A stretch of DNA of 64,000 nucleotides from Candidatus Latescibacterota bacterium. GTDB taxonomy: Bacteria; Latescibacterota; UBA2968; GCA-2709665. Every line of letters starts with the position of its first letter. Position 1 is the stretch's first letter. The DNA lies in NCBI GenBank assembly GCA_965248435.1, contig OZ252100.1:320001-384000 (forward strand), read 5' to 3'. Positions 25,735 to 35,232 of this stretch are shown one piece after another. Below the pieces are notes generated by a model. It searched no databases and had not been told where the DNA came from. It saw only the letters and a list, made by a program, of their open reading frames with translations. The position numbers and the translations under genes are program-made.

Positions 25735-27985
25735 CGGGTCGAAACGCCTTTTTCCTATCCTCGCCTTCGGCATCCCGTTCTGTGTCTACGCGTGGACGAT
25801 GGCCGACAGCTGGGCGCTGGACACGATCTACGCGATCGACGGGGCCGAGATGATCATCGCCTCTCACACCCTCGGGATCGATCATCCGCCAGGCCATCCT
25901 CTATACCTTATTATATCACATCTGTTCTCGCGGCTCCCTTTCGCCTCTCCTGACGGCGGGGTCGTCTTCACCTCGGTCCTGTTCGGGGCCCTGGCAGCGC
26001 TCTTCCTGGGCCTTGCCGTTCGGGAGCGGACCCACAGCGCGCCGGCTGCCCTCGGCGCCGCCTGGATCTTCGCGTTCGGTTTCATCGCCTGGATCCACGC
26101 CACGATCGCGGAGGTCTACGCGCTCCAGCTTGCGTTCCTGGGGCTCTATGTCTATTCGACGATACGGTGGCTGCGCACCCGGGACGCTCGATCACTTTAC
26201 CTCCTCGCCTTTACCCTCGGTCTCGGTGCAACCACGAACATCCTCCTCGCAGCCCTCCTCGTTCCCTCCTTCCTCTACGTCATCCTGCGAAGCGGAGCCA
26301 TCATCGATGCAGGCGGGTTGAAGGCGAAACAGATATTCTCTACTCTGTCGTGGGGCCTGCTCGGGCTGACCCCCTTTCTCTACATCCCGATCCGCCTGGC
26401 CCAGTACCGGGGTTTCATCAGCGACTTTGTCTTCCTCAGCGGTTACGAGGTGCTTTCCCTCAGGTGGGCCTGGTGGTACTTCTCCGCCGAAGAGTTTACG
26501 ACCACAAACCTGTTCGGCGTCTCCTTGAGCCGCTATCCCGATCTGATCCTGACCTACCTCCGATCCTGCAGCACGAACTTCTCTCCCCTGCTTCCGATTC
26601 TGGCCGCTGCCGGCGTGATTATGGCGATGTCGACTCGCCTCAGTTCGATCCGAACGCTCCCGGCAGCGATGGACAATCGCCCGCGTGCGGAACGTCGAAA
26701 GCGGGGGCGCGAAGCAAGGCAATCTGGCAGTCGGTCCGGGCTGTTGCAGTCGCTGCTCACTCGTCCAGATGACGACACGATCTTGGACGCCGCGCTGATC
26801 ATCGCCTTCATCTGCACACTCCTACCCGTCCTCTCCTACGATGTCGCCGATCGAGACGTCTTCTTTCTGCCCTCCTTCTTTTTCTTGGCCGCACTCGGCG
26901 GACACGGCCTTGCCTATCCGTTGCAGGCGATCGAGCGACGGCAGCCTGACCGCCTGAAAGGCGGTGTGCCATACGTGATCGCTGCGGCCCTGCCCATCTT
27001 CCTCCTCTTGAGCCACTTCCCGGAGGTCACCCGCATCACCGGGGATCCGACGCGATATGGCGAGCGCCTCGAGCGCTTCAAAAAGCTGCCCGAAGGGGCG
27101 TTCATCATCGCGGAAGACGACGGCCGTGGGACGCGATACAAATATTTTCAGCTCGTTCATGGCCTCCGTCCCGACGTCACGATCGAAACGATGGGGCGGC
27201 TCGCACCCCGCTTCAGGGGGGAGATCAGTCTGGACCGAAAGGCGGAGGACCTCGGTGATCTGAGTGTGGGTCTGAACGTGTCGGACCGGCTGAAGATCCT
27301 GAAAGGTCTGTTCGAAGCGGCTCCGGATCGACCAACCTATGCGGTCCTGGATGACAGAATGCCGCCCGAGTTCGATCATTTCAGGACGGTGCGCTCCCCG
27401 ATCGATCCTTACCTCCTGGAGATCACACCCAAGCCACCGCCAGAAAGATCGATCGAGTCGCCTTCGCTCGATGTCGCGGCTCAGGGACGTTACTTTGAGG
27501 GGCTGCGCTTCGTGGGTTTCGGAATAGAGAGCCTGGACCAAGGCGATTCCAGGACGTTTGCCAGGCCGATGCGGCTCGGCGAGGGGTTTGTAGATGGCGT
27601 GATCAAGCGTGGCGAGCTTTTCGAGCTCTGTTTCGCGGTGCAACGACGCGGACCTGCACGCAGCAAGCTATTCGGCGAATTCGCCTTCGTGAACGAGCGA
27701 ATGGAGATCCCGACGGCGCACGGATTTTCTGCGTTCAAAAACGTCGAGGTCGTTCCCGAAGACCTGCCTCAGGATGCGTATTACAAGGACCGGTTCATCT
27801 TCAAGATCCCGGGAACGATTCAGGCCGGATTGTATACGCTCGCTGTTCGCGTCAGTCGATCGTCTGGGAAGGTCCAGGGTACGTATAAAGGAAGACCGGT
27901 GCGGACCCTCACCCCGGTTCGGATGACGCAGTCCTGGAAGGGGCAGTTCGATTACCGTCCTCTGGGGAAGATTTGGGTGGAATGA
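25727..27985 (+). CDS. DUF2723-family multi-pass membrane glycosyltransferase-like (GT-C) protein
   Basis: D..E....S.TLGIDHPPGHPLY, ATIAEVYAL and YIPIR motifs; many TM helices; soluble C-terminal domain. Confidence 0.8.
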   Translation: MNSGSKRLFPILAFGIPFCVYAWTMADSWALDTIYAIDGAEMIIASHTLGIDHPPGHPLYLIISHLFSRLPFASPDGGVVFTSVLFGALAALFLGLAVRERTHSAPAALGAAWIFAFGFIAWIHATIAEVYALQLAFLGLYVYSTIRWLRTRDARSLYLLAFTLGLGATTNILLAALLVPSFLYVILRSGAIIDAGGLKAKQIFSTLSWGLLGLTPFLYIPIRLAQYRGFISDFVFLSGYEVLSLRWAWWYFSAEEFTTTNLFGVSLSRYPDLILTYLRSCSTNFSPLLPILAAAGVIMAMSTRLSSIRTLPAAMDNRPRAERRKRGREARQSGSRSGLLQSLLTRPDDDTILDAALIIAFICTLLPVLSYDVADRDVFFLPSFFFLAALGGHGLAYPLQAIERRQPDRLKGGVPYVIAAALPIFLLLSHFPEVTRITGDPTRYGERLERFKKLPEGAFIIAEDDGRGTRYKYFQLVHGLRPDVTIETMGRLAPRFRGEISLDRKAEDLGDLSVGLNVSDRLKILKGLFEAAPDRPTYAVLDDRMPPEFDHFRTVRSPIDPYLLEITPKPPPERSIESPSLDVAAQGRYFEGLRFVGFGIESLDQGDSRTFARPMRLGEGFVDGVIKRGELFELCFAVQRRGPARSKLFGEFAFVNERMEIPTAHGFSAFKNVEVVPEDLPQDAYYKDRFIFKIPGTIQAGLYTLAVRVSRSSGKVQGTYKGRPVRTLTPVRMTQSWKGQFDYRPLGKIWVE

Positions 27986-28753
27986 TCAGTGAGTCGAATC
28001 ACAACCCGGTAATCACCGTAGGTGCGAATCTTGTCTTCGCCCGTATCCAATGGATCATCTATAACTGGCAGGGAACTCCTGATGCACCTCGGTGGGCGAT
28101 CACAAGGATCGCCCCTACGACGTCCGGGGCGGCATGGCGTGATGATGTTCCGCGATGGTATCAGCGAGTCGGATCACAACCCGGTAATCACCGTATGCGC
28201 GAATCTTGTCTTCGCCCGTATCCAATGGATCATCTATAACTGGCAGGGAACTCCTGATGCACCTCGGTGGGCGATCACAAGGATCGCCCCTACGACGTCC
28301 GGGGCGGCGTGGCGTGATGATGTTCTGCGATGGGATCAGTGAGTCGAATCACAACCCGGTAATCACCGTGTGGGCGAATCTTGTATTCGCCCGTATCCAA
28401 TGGATCATCTATAACTGGCAGGGAACTCCTGATGCACCTCGGTGGGCGATCACAAGGATCGCCCCTACGACGTCCGGGGCGGCGTGGCGTGATGATGTTC
28501 TGCGATGGGATCAGCGAATCGAATCACCACCGGGTAATCACCGTGTGGGCGAATCTTGTATTCGCCCGCATCCAATGGATCATCTGTAACTGGCAGGGAA
28601 CTCCTGATGCACCTCGGTGGGCGATCACAAGGATCGCCCCTACGACGTCCGAGGCGGCGTGGCGTGATGATGTTCCGCGATGGTATCAGCGAGTCGGATC
28701 ACAACCCGGTAATCACCGTATGCACGAATCTTGTATTCGCCCCTATCCAATGG
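27985..28753. repeat. Tandem array of about 4.4 x 175-bp units, each holding an inverted GTAG-type REP pair (REPIN/BIME-like)
   Basis: Unit starts at 27985, 28160, 28335, 28510, 28685. In unit 1, left REP GTAGGTGCGAATCTTGTCTTCGCCC (28018-28042) and right REP GGGCGATCACAAGGATCGCCCCTAC (28094-28118). Confidence 0.95.
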
Positions 28754-28788
28754 ACCGCACAGATGAATCACACAGAGAATCAAATAGA

Positions 28789-29358
28789 ATGTCTAAAGAG
28801 CGCAGATCTGTTCGGCTGAAGGGATATGACTACGCACAATGTGGCGCATATTTCCTGACAGTTTGCACACAACATCGCGAAACCCTGTTTGGCCTGATCG
28901 AGGACCGGGAAGTGCGATTGAACGCGGCGGGACGTATGGTCGAAGATGCGTGGGCGTGTCTACCGGACCGGTTCTCAAATTTGAGTTTGGATTCGTTCAC
29001 GGTGATGCCAAATCATATCCACGGTATTCTCTTGTTGACCGATGATTTGCCAGATGACGGTGATTCACTTTACACGGGCGATCACAAGGATCGCCCCTAC
29101 GAGGTGATTTCGATGGGGACAAAGGAAGGATCAGTAGGGCGAATAGTCCAGGCTTTCAAATCCATTTCGACCAATCAATACGGCGAGGGTGTAAGAATCC
29201 ATGACTGGCCTACATTTCCGGGCAAATTGTGGCAACGGAATTACTACGAACACGTCGTCCGCGACAAGGACGACCTCAATAGACTTCGCGAGTACATATC
29301 ACAAAACCCGGAGCACTGGGAAGACGACGAAAACAATCCCACGTATTCTGGGACGTGA
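28789..29358 (+). mobile_element. REP-associated tyrosine transposase (RAYT, Y1 HUH)
   Basis: RRSVRLKGYDY..GAYFLTVCT, MPNHIH (HUH), WQRNYYEHVVR and YI.QNP motifs; adjacent to the REP array. Confidence 0.92.
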
Positions 29359-29399
29359 CTCTGGCGGCTGCATCGGTTTTTTGGTATCATATCTCCGAA

Positions 29400-30671
29400 A
29401 TGGACAACACGACACTATTTGACCCGGATTACGAAGCCCGAAAACGCCCCCTCCTATCCAAGCTGATCAAACACGTCCGCCCGATCTACACCGCGGAGGA
29501 GCTCGAGGTCCTGAGGATCGACCCAGTCAATCGTGGGATCCTCTCTCAACCTTCCGGCCGCGGCTTCGTCAACCGGGATATCCTGGAGACCGTCCTCGGA
29601 AACCTGCTCGAATGCGTTGCGCCGGGGTCTCACAATGCCCTGGACGTCCAGCAGAGAAACCTGGAAGACCTGATCGAAGAGATCGCAGACCAGCTCTACG
29701 CCATGATCGCGCAGTCCCTCCGCGCTGCCGGCGACAGCGGCGAAATCGGACAGCGCGCCCTGGAGTCGACCCTGGCGCTCCTTTGGGACCTCCCTCGGCT
29801 GAAAGAGCGCGCGCTGTGGAATCGGTTCGCTTCACTCAAGGACCCGGCCGTCTGGGATGCCTATGTGCTTGACAAGGGCGAATTGGATCACCGCACGTTC
29901 GCCGATCTGGATTTCTTTCCTGAAATCGAGCGCTCGATCGAAGATCGGGACTTCGATCACTACCGCGAATTCCTCCGTCAGGCCGACCTGGGATTCGCTT
30001 TTGCGTATCAGATGCAGCTCGTCACGAGCACCTATCCGGGTTGGCGTGTGCTTTTTTATCACGACATCGCCCACGCACTCACCCGGTCCGGCCCAGCCGA
30101 GACGGCTTCAGGCATCGCGCGGATGCCGGTCCCGCTCCTTCCCAGGGCCATCTCCGAGCTGGGCGGTCGATACTACCAGGCCGACCTCCACCCCGAGACG
30201 CGGATCGGAGACGCAAACTTCCTGGACCACCCACATCGCGGGATGACCACGGGTCAAACAGGCGCGATCGGCTCCGGGTGTGTCATCTATCCCTGCACGA
30301 TGGGCGGTCTGAGTGACAAGATCAAGGTGCGCCATCCGCAGATCGGGGATTATGTCCTGATCGGAACGGATACCAAGCTCCTCGGGCCGGTACAGGTCGG
30401 GGACCGTTCCACCGTCGGCACCGGGACCGAGATCTTCGGAAGAGTCAAAACAGGCTCGGGATGCCAGATCGCCTCACTGGTCGTGATCGGTACCGTGCTG
30501 GCCGGTTCAAAACCGCCGGGAGAGATTCGGCTGGAAGAGAACGTTCGCGTGGGCGACGGAACGATTATCGAAAACGTGACAGAGCACGATCTCGTCATAC
30601 CAAAAAACACGAAGATTCCGGCACGGAGTCACGTGGTGAATGACGGGTCGGGAAATCCGAAGTTTGTGTAG
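29400..30671 (+). CDS. Divergent serine O-acetyltransferase (CysE/EpsC)-like hexapeptide protein
   Basis: PLLPRAISE..ADLHPETRIG..FLDH and RHPQIGDYVLIG motifs; left-handed beta-helix repeats. Confidence 0.65.
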   Translation: MDNTTLFDPDYEARKRPLLSKLIKHVRPIYTAEELEVLRIDPVNRGILSQPSGRGFVNRDILETVLGNLLECVAPGSHNALDVQQRNLEDLIEEIADQLYAMIAQSLRAAGDSGEIGQRALESTLALLWDLPRLKERALWNRFASLKDPAVWDAYVLDKGELDHRTFADLDFFPEIERSIEDRDFDHYREFLRQADLGFAFAYQMQLVTSTYPGWRVLFYHDIAHALTRSGPAETASGIARMPVPLLPRAISELGGRYYQADLHPETRIGDANFLDHPHRGMTTGQTGAIGSGCVIYPCTMGGLSDKIKVRHPQIGDYVLIGTDTKLLGPVQVGDRSTVGTGTEIFGRVKTGSGCQIASLVVIGTVLAGSKPPGEIRLEENVRVGDGTIIENVTEHDLVIPKNTKIPARSHVVNDGSGNPKFV

Positions 30672-30698
30672 GCCCTCGCCTCGCCTCGCTGATCCCTG

Positions 30699-31155
30699 CC
30701 CCTCGATACAATCCCTCGCAACGCGGCCTAACGGCCGCTACTCGGGATCACTCGGGGATTCGGGTCTTTCTTTCTTAGCAAAGTATTTCTTAGCCGCTTC
30801 ACTAAGCGCCTCAAAGTCGTTCTTGATCAGAGCCTGTTTCTTTTTGCGGTTCCATCGCTTGATCTGCACTTCCGCCCCCTTTGCCTCTTCCCGAAATCCG
30901 AATTCCTGAAACCAAACGAGGCGGACAGGTCTCCTTGAGGAAGTGTAGACACACTTGATTCCTCGGTCGTGCTCTGCAATTCGCCTTGTGAGATCTTCTG
31001 TATGTCCTGTGTAATAGGATCCATCAGCACATTCCAGGATGTAGGCATAAAAATTCACGTCTCTTACCTACCTAGTAACCAATACACCAAGCCCCCGAAT
31101 CCCCGAGTGCGGCGCTTCTGGGCACTTTTTGATCGCAGCGCCGTGTATCGAGGGG
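30699..31155. repeat. Bipartite inverted repeats flanking the second GIY-YIG gene
   Basis: CCCCTCGATACA (30699-30710) pairs with TGTATCGAGGGG (31144-31155); CACTCGGGGATTCGGG (30749-30764) pairs with CCCGAATCCCCGAGTG (31094-31109). Confidence 0.88.
30738..31058 (-). CDS. Small GIY-YIG nuclease (UPF0213-like)
   Basis: YAYILECADGSYYTGHT.DL.RR..EH, YT..RRPV.LV and E.QIKRW.R.KK.ALI motifs. Confidence 0.9.
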   Translation of the reverse strand: MNFYAYILECADGSYYTGHTEDLTRRIAEHDRGIKCVYTSSRRPVRLVWFQEFGFREEAKGAEVQIKRWNRKKKQALIKNDFEALSEAAKKYFAKKERPESPSDPE

Positions 31156-31168
31156 TCGGGCTAGGGAT

Positions 31169-32245
31169 TTATTCGAACGGCAGCACGTCAGAGGGCACAT
31201 CCGACGCACAAAATGATATGACGCGATCTTGAATCGAGGGTGCGTTCAACTCACGATAGTAGACAAACAGATACTCGTTCATATACCCCGCCCACTTCCC
31301 ACCTCGCGCCTCCGCCCACGCACAAACCTTCGCATCGCTTCCCTGAATCCCGTACCAATCCCGCGCCATCTTTTTCACCCACGTGTCCACCGGCACGGCA
31401 TCCAACCGGTCCAGCGAAAAGAGAACGATGCACTTGTGCACCTTGAGCCCCACGCCCGTGCCCGCCAGTTCCTCCAACCCGTCGACGATCGCGCGCCACG
31501 ATTCCATGTCCACGGCCGCCGCATCCCCGGATCCCTCCAACTGCTCCGTGACGAATCGCGCGGAATTGGCCACAGGCTCTGACCGCCAGCCGAACTTGTG
31601 GTGCCTGAAGTAGCGGCCGTTCAAACCAGCCAGCACGCCGGTTTCAGGAAACTGCCGATACCGCACACCCATAAAGTCGATCCCCCGGCCCAGGATCCGG
31701 GCCAGGAAATTGATTCGCCGTTTGGTAAGGGACATGTGCGCCTGTACGGAGAGCACGTAAGAGATCACACATTCGAACGGCTCCTGCCGGGCGAAGCGAA
31801 ACCCCTTCAATCGGTCCCGCGCACGGCGAAGGTGACGGTCCGCTCTGGGCACACGCAGTATCGGGGGTTCGTCCAGTCGTAGATACCATCTGAGAAACGT
31901 TCCCACCTGCATCCGCCCCGCATAGGTCCCGACCGTCCGCGCGGAGGCACGAAACCGGACCCGTTCTCCATCCTGCCTCAGATGAAAGGCGGTCCCGTAG
32001 GCGATCCCTTTCCACCACCCATCCTCATCTCGCCCCCACCGAAAGAGCTGGCCCGATCCGAGCGTGTAGCCGAGGTGAAATCGCTCACCCCCGACTTCGC
32101 CCTCGACGGGATCAGCGGACACCACCTCCTCGACCTCTCTCGGCGGTCCGGATCTCTGCCGACGACAGCCCTCGAGCGCATAACACACTTCGCAGACCTC
32201 GAGCGTCTCATTGTATCGACCGAAGCAGCGTGGAACCTCGTCCAT
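31169..32245 (-). CDS. 8-oxoguanine DNA glycosylase (OGG1-type HhH-GPD)
   Basis: TLGSGQLFRW, QEPFECVISY and GVGLKVHKCIVLFSL..AVPVDTWV motifs. Confidence 0.8.
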   Translation of the reverse strand: MDEVPRCFGRYNETLEVCEVCYALEGCRRQRSGPPREVEEVVSADPVEGEVGGERFHLGYTLGSGQLFRWGRDEDGWWKGIAYGTAFHLRQDGERVRFRASARTVGTYAGRMQVGTFLRWYLRLDEPPILRVPRADRHLRRARDRLKGFRFARQEPFECVISYVLSVQAHMSLTKRRINFLARILGRGIDFMGVRYRQFPETGVLAGLNGRYFRHHKFGWRSEPVANSARFVTEQLEGSGDAAAVDMESWRAIVDGLEELAGTGVGLKVHKCIVLFSLDRLDAVPVDTWVKKMARDWYGIQGSDAKVCAWAEARGGKWAGYMNEYLFVYYRELNAPSIQDRVISFCASDVPSDVLPFE

Positions 32246-32375
32246 AGCAGGGATGATAAGCCATTCCCTCAGCCAGAGCAAGAAGGGGGTAGGTGATTTC
32301 GTGTGGAACGATTATATTTGGTGTCGCGCTTTGTCGATCTGCGTTTGGATTTTGATTCCGTAGAGGAGTTTTCTG

Positions 32376-33290
32376 ATGGATCGCGAGGGACTGAAGGAGC
32401 TGATGCAGGGCGTATCCGCTGCTGTCCCAACCCCGTTCGACAGCGACTACAAGCTGGACCTGGGGACCACCGCTGCGCTCGCCCAATGGTGGGTCGAACA
32501 GGGGCTGGTCACCGGCACGGCGATGATCAAGGTCTGCTCGGCGTGGGGTCAGGGACCCGACCTGGGTGACGACGAATGGCCTCAACTGCTCAAGGCGACC
32601 GTGGACGCGGGCGGTCCGGAGGCCAACGTGATGTGCGGTCTGAAATCCAAGGACACATTACACACGATTGAGGATGCAAAGATCGCGCAGGATCTGGGCG
32701 CCAAACACCTCCAGATAGAGCTGCCCTACAACCACGCCCCCAAGCAGCACCAGTATGTCAAACACTTCTCAATGATCTCCGAGGCTATCGACATCGGCAT
32801 CATGATCTACAATACCTACTGGTTTGGCTGCGAACCGATCACTGCAGAGACGATGTTGAAGCTGGAGGATGCAGAGCAGGTCGCGGCGCTCAAGTGGAAC
32901 ACCCCGAATGACTATGACGAGATGAAGGAATTCTCACACATCTTCAACGTGATCGACAACGCGGGACAGCCAGTAAAGTGCCACAAGAACGGGGGGCGCG
33001 GGATCGTCAGTGCCACGGTTGGAGCCTACCCGGCGCACGACATCGAGGTCTGGAATCTGCTGGAGGCCGGCAAGTACGAGGAGGCCCAGGCGGAAAAGGA
33101 CAGAGTCGCGGACCAGATCGGGCCGGTACGTCAGAAGGTGGCCGAGAACGGCGGTGGGTATCGCCTGGTGAAGGGTATGATGGAGATCATCGGGCGCCCG
33201 GCGGGTCCGCCGCGACTTCCCACGGAACCCCTGAACGACGAAGAGATGGCAGAGCTCCGGGCCGCTATGGAAAGGATCGGCTGGGTATGA
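32376..33290 (+). CDS. Dihydrodipicolinate synthase (DapA/NAL) family aldolase
   Basis: AVPTPF, IMIYN, ALK (Schiff-base Lys) and GPPRLP motifs. Confidence 0.85.
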   Translation: MDREGLKELMQGVSAAVPTPFDSDYKLDLGTTAALAQWWVEQGLVTGTAMIKVCSAWGQGPDLGDDEWPQLLKATVDAGGPEANVMCGLKSKDTLHTIEDAKIAQDLGAKHLQIELPYNHAPKQHQYVKHFSMISEAIDIGIMIYNTYWFGCEPITAETMLKLEDAEQVAALKWNTPNDYDEMKEFSHIFNVIDNAGQPVKCHKNGGRGIVSATVGAYPAHDIEVWNLLEAGKYEEAQAEKDRVADQIGPVRQKVAENGGGYRLVKGMMEIIGRPAGPPRLPTEPLNDEEMAELRAAMERIGWV

Positions 33291-33399
33291 AAGCAGACCG
33301 CGGACGACAGACGACAGACGGCGGGATGAATCAGCTGATTTATCGGGTATCAAGCGGCCCGCTGTCGGCGGTCAGCGGTTGTAGAGAGCGGTTCTCTAT

Positions 33400-34458
33400 A
33401 TGAACATGAAGGTAACCGAATCGACCGAACGAAAGCCTCGCCCGAAGGACAGCGAGCTGCGATTCGGCAAATACAAATCGGACCATATGTTCCTGATGGA
33501 TTACGCTGGCGGCTGGCGTGATGCGCGAATCGAGCCCTACCACGACCTGACGATCGACCCGACCGCGAAGGTGCTGCACTACAACCAGGAGGTCTTCGAG
33601 GGCATGAAGGCCTACCGCCAGGCGGACGGTGGAATCGCCCTGTTTCGGCCCGACATGAACATTCAGCGCATGAACCGGTCGGCGCGAAGGATGGTGATGC
33701 CGGAATTAGATCCCGATCTGTTTCTCAACGTGCTCAAGTCGCTCATTCGGTTGGACTGCGATTGGGTCCCGGATGCCGACGGTACGTCGCTCTACATCCG
33801 ACCGACCATGATCGCAACCGAATCGACCCTCGGTGTCAGCGTCTCGAATCAGTATCTGTTCTTCATCATCACCCTCCCGGTGGGCGCCTTCTACGCCGAG
33901 GGATTCAACCCAACCCGGATCTTCGTCGAGCAGAACCACGTCCGGGCGGTGAGCGGAGGTGTGGGAGAGGTCAAAACTTCGGGGAATTATTCGGCCACAC
34001 TCCTGGCCTCTCAAGAGGCGAAGCGAAAGGGGTATACACAGGTCCTCTGGCTGGATGCGAAGGAGCGCAAGTACGTCGAGGAGGTCGGCACGAGCAATAT
34101 CTTCTTTCTCCTGGACGACGAACTCGTGACGCCCCCGTTGGGAGGCACAATCCTTCCCGGCGTAACACGAGACTCCGTCATTCAGATCGCAAGAGACTGG
34201 GACCTCAAACTAACAGAACGACCGATTACCATCGAAGAAGTCGTGGAGGGATGCAGCAGCCTGCGCGTCAAGGAAGTGTTCACTACGGGGACCGCGACGG
34301 TCATCTCTCCAGTCGGCAGGCTCGCCTACAATGGTGCAGAGGTTCGAATCGCGGACGGTGAGACGGGTGAGCTGTCCACGAAGCTGTATGAAGAGATCAC
34401 CGGGATCCAGTACGGGCGGAAGGAAGATCGGTTCGGCTGGCGGGTGCGGGTCGCCTGA
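33400..34458 (+). CDS. ilvE: Branched-chain amino acid aminotransferase
   Basis: LHYNQEVFEGMKAY, LYIRP, KTSGNY, EEVGTSN and ILPGVTRDS motifs. Confidence 0.93.
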   Translation: MNMKVTESTERKPRPKDSELRFGKYKSDHMFLMDYAGGWRDARIEPYHDLTIDPTAKVLHYNQEVFEGMKAYRQADGGIALFRPDMNIQRMNRSARRMVMPELDPDLFLNVLKSLIRLDCDWVPDADGTSLYIRPTMIATESTLGVSVSNQYLFFIITLPVGAFYAEGFNPTRIFVEQNHVRAVSGGVGEVKTSGNYSATLLASQEAKRKGYTQVLWLDAKERKYVEEVGTSNIFFLLDDELVTPPLGGTILPGVTRDSVIQIARDWDLKLTERPITIEEVVEGCSSLRVKEVFTTGTATVISPVGRLAYNGAEVRIADGETGELSTKLYEEITGIQYGRKEDRFGWRVRVA

Positions 34459-34518
34459 TGTAGATTGGTCCTGTCAGGCCCTGACTGGTGATGGATATTT
34501 TGCTGGGAGGCTGAACGA

Positions 34519-35151
34519 ATGGATGAAATCCTGCCCGGGCTGTTTCAATGGCGAATCGACTGGCCTGGCTACTACTGTCTGGATTCCTACATGCTAAGAA
34601 CTGAAGACGGAAGTATACTGATCGACCCTTGCGAGACAAAGGGTGCCGGGGCACCAGAGGACACCAAGGCGATCATCATCACCGTCGGTTGGCACGAACG
34701 GTCGGCCTCTTTGTTCGCGAAGCGGACCGGGGCCCCCGTCTTCGTACCGGCCAGAGATGTCTGCATGATCGAGGACCTGGAAAACTACGAGACCTACGGC
34801 GACGGTGACGACCTGCCCTGCGGCTTGAAGGCGATCGGCACGCCGGGTCTGACGCGCGGCGAGCAGGTGATCCTCTCCCCTGTTCACGGCGGGACGCTTT
34901 TCGTGGGTGACGCCATGGGCACGACAGGAAAATGGGCACCCGGTGAGATCACGCTCGGAGGTCACCCCAACGGGCATCCCCAACCCGCCGAAACCCTATC
35001 TCATCTGCTCGATTTCGAGTTCGAGAACCTGCTTCCCGGACACGGGGACGCACTGCTCGATGGAGCGAGGTCGCTCGTCAAGCAGGTGCTCGATTCGGGG
35101 GTGAGCACCTCTACCGGTCCCCCTGCCGTCACCTACTTCCCCCTGAAATAA
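34519..35151 (+). CDS. MBL-fold hydrolase-like protein (degenerate metal motif)
   Basis: ILIDP, ITVGWHER, TLFVGDA and LLPGHG motifs. Confidence 0.7.
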   Translation: MDEILPGLFQWRIDWPGYYCLDSYMLRTEDGSILIDPCETKGAGAPEDTKAIIITVGWHERSASLFAKRTGAPVFVPARDVCMIEDLENYETYGDGDDLPCGLKAIGTPGLTRGEQVILSPVHGGTLFVGDAMGTTGKWAPGEITLGGHPNGHPQPAETLSHLLDFEFENLLPGHGDALLDGARSLVKQVLDSGVSTSTGPPAVTYFPLK

Positions 35152-35232
35152 GAACAATCGCCCCCTCACCGACCGGTCCGTGCCGATGACCGGCAAACCA
35201 AATCAGGAACTGATCCCCGCAAGGTCTCAACG

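Noticed and set aside
27985-28753. CRISPR array
   Set aside because: The sequences between palindromes are near-identical rather than unique spacers, the period is 175 bp, there are no cas genes, and the adjacent RAYT explains it.
27973-28819. ORFs within the array and the 325-aa extended RAYT start (28381)
   Set aside because: Products of a repeat whose period is not a multiple of 3; RAYT homology starts at ATG 28789.
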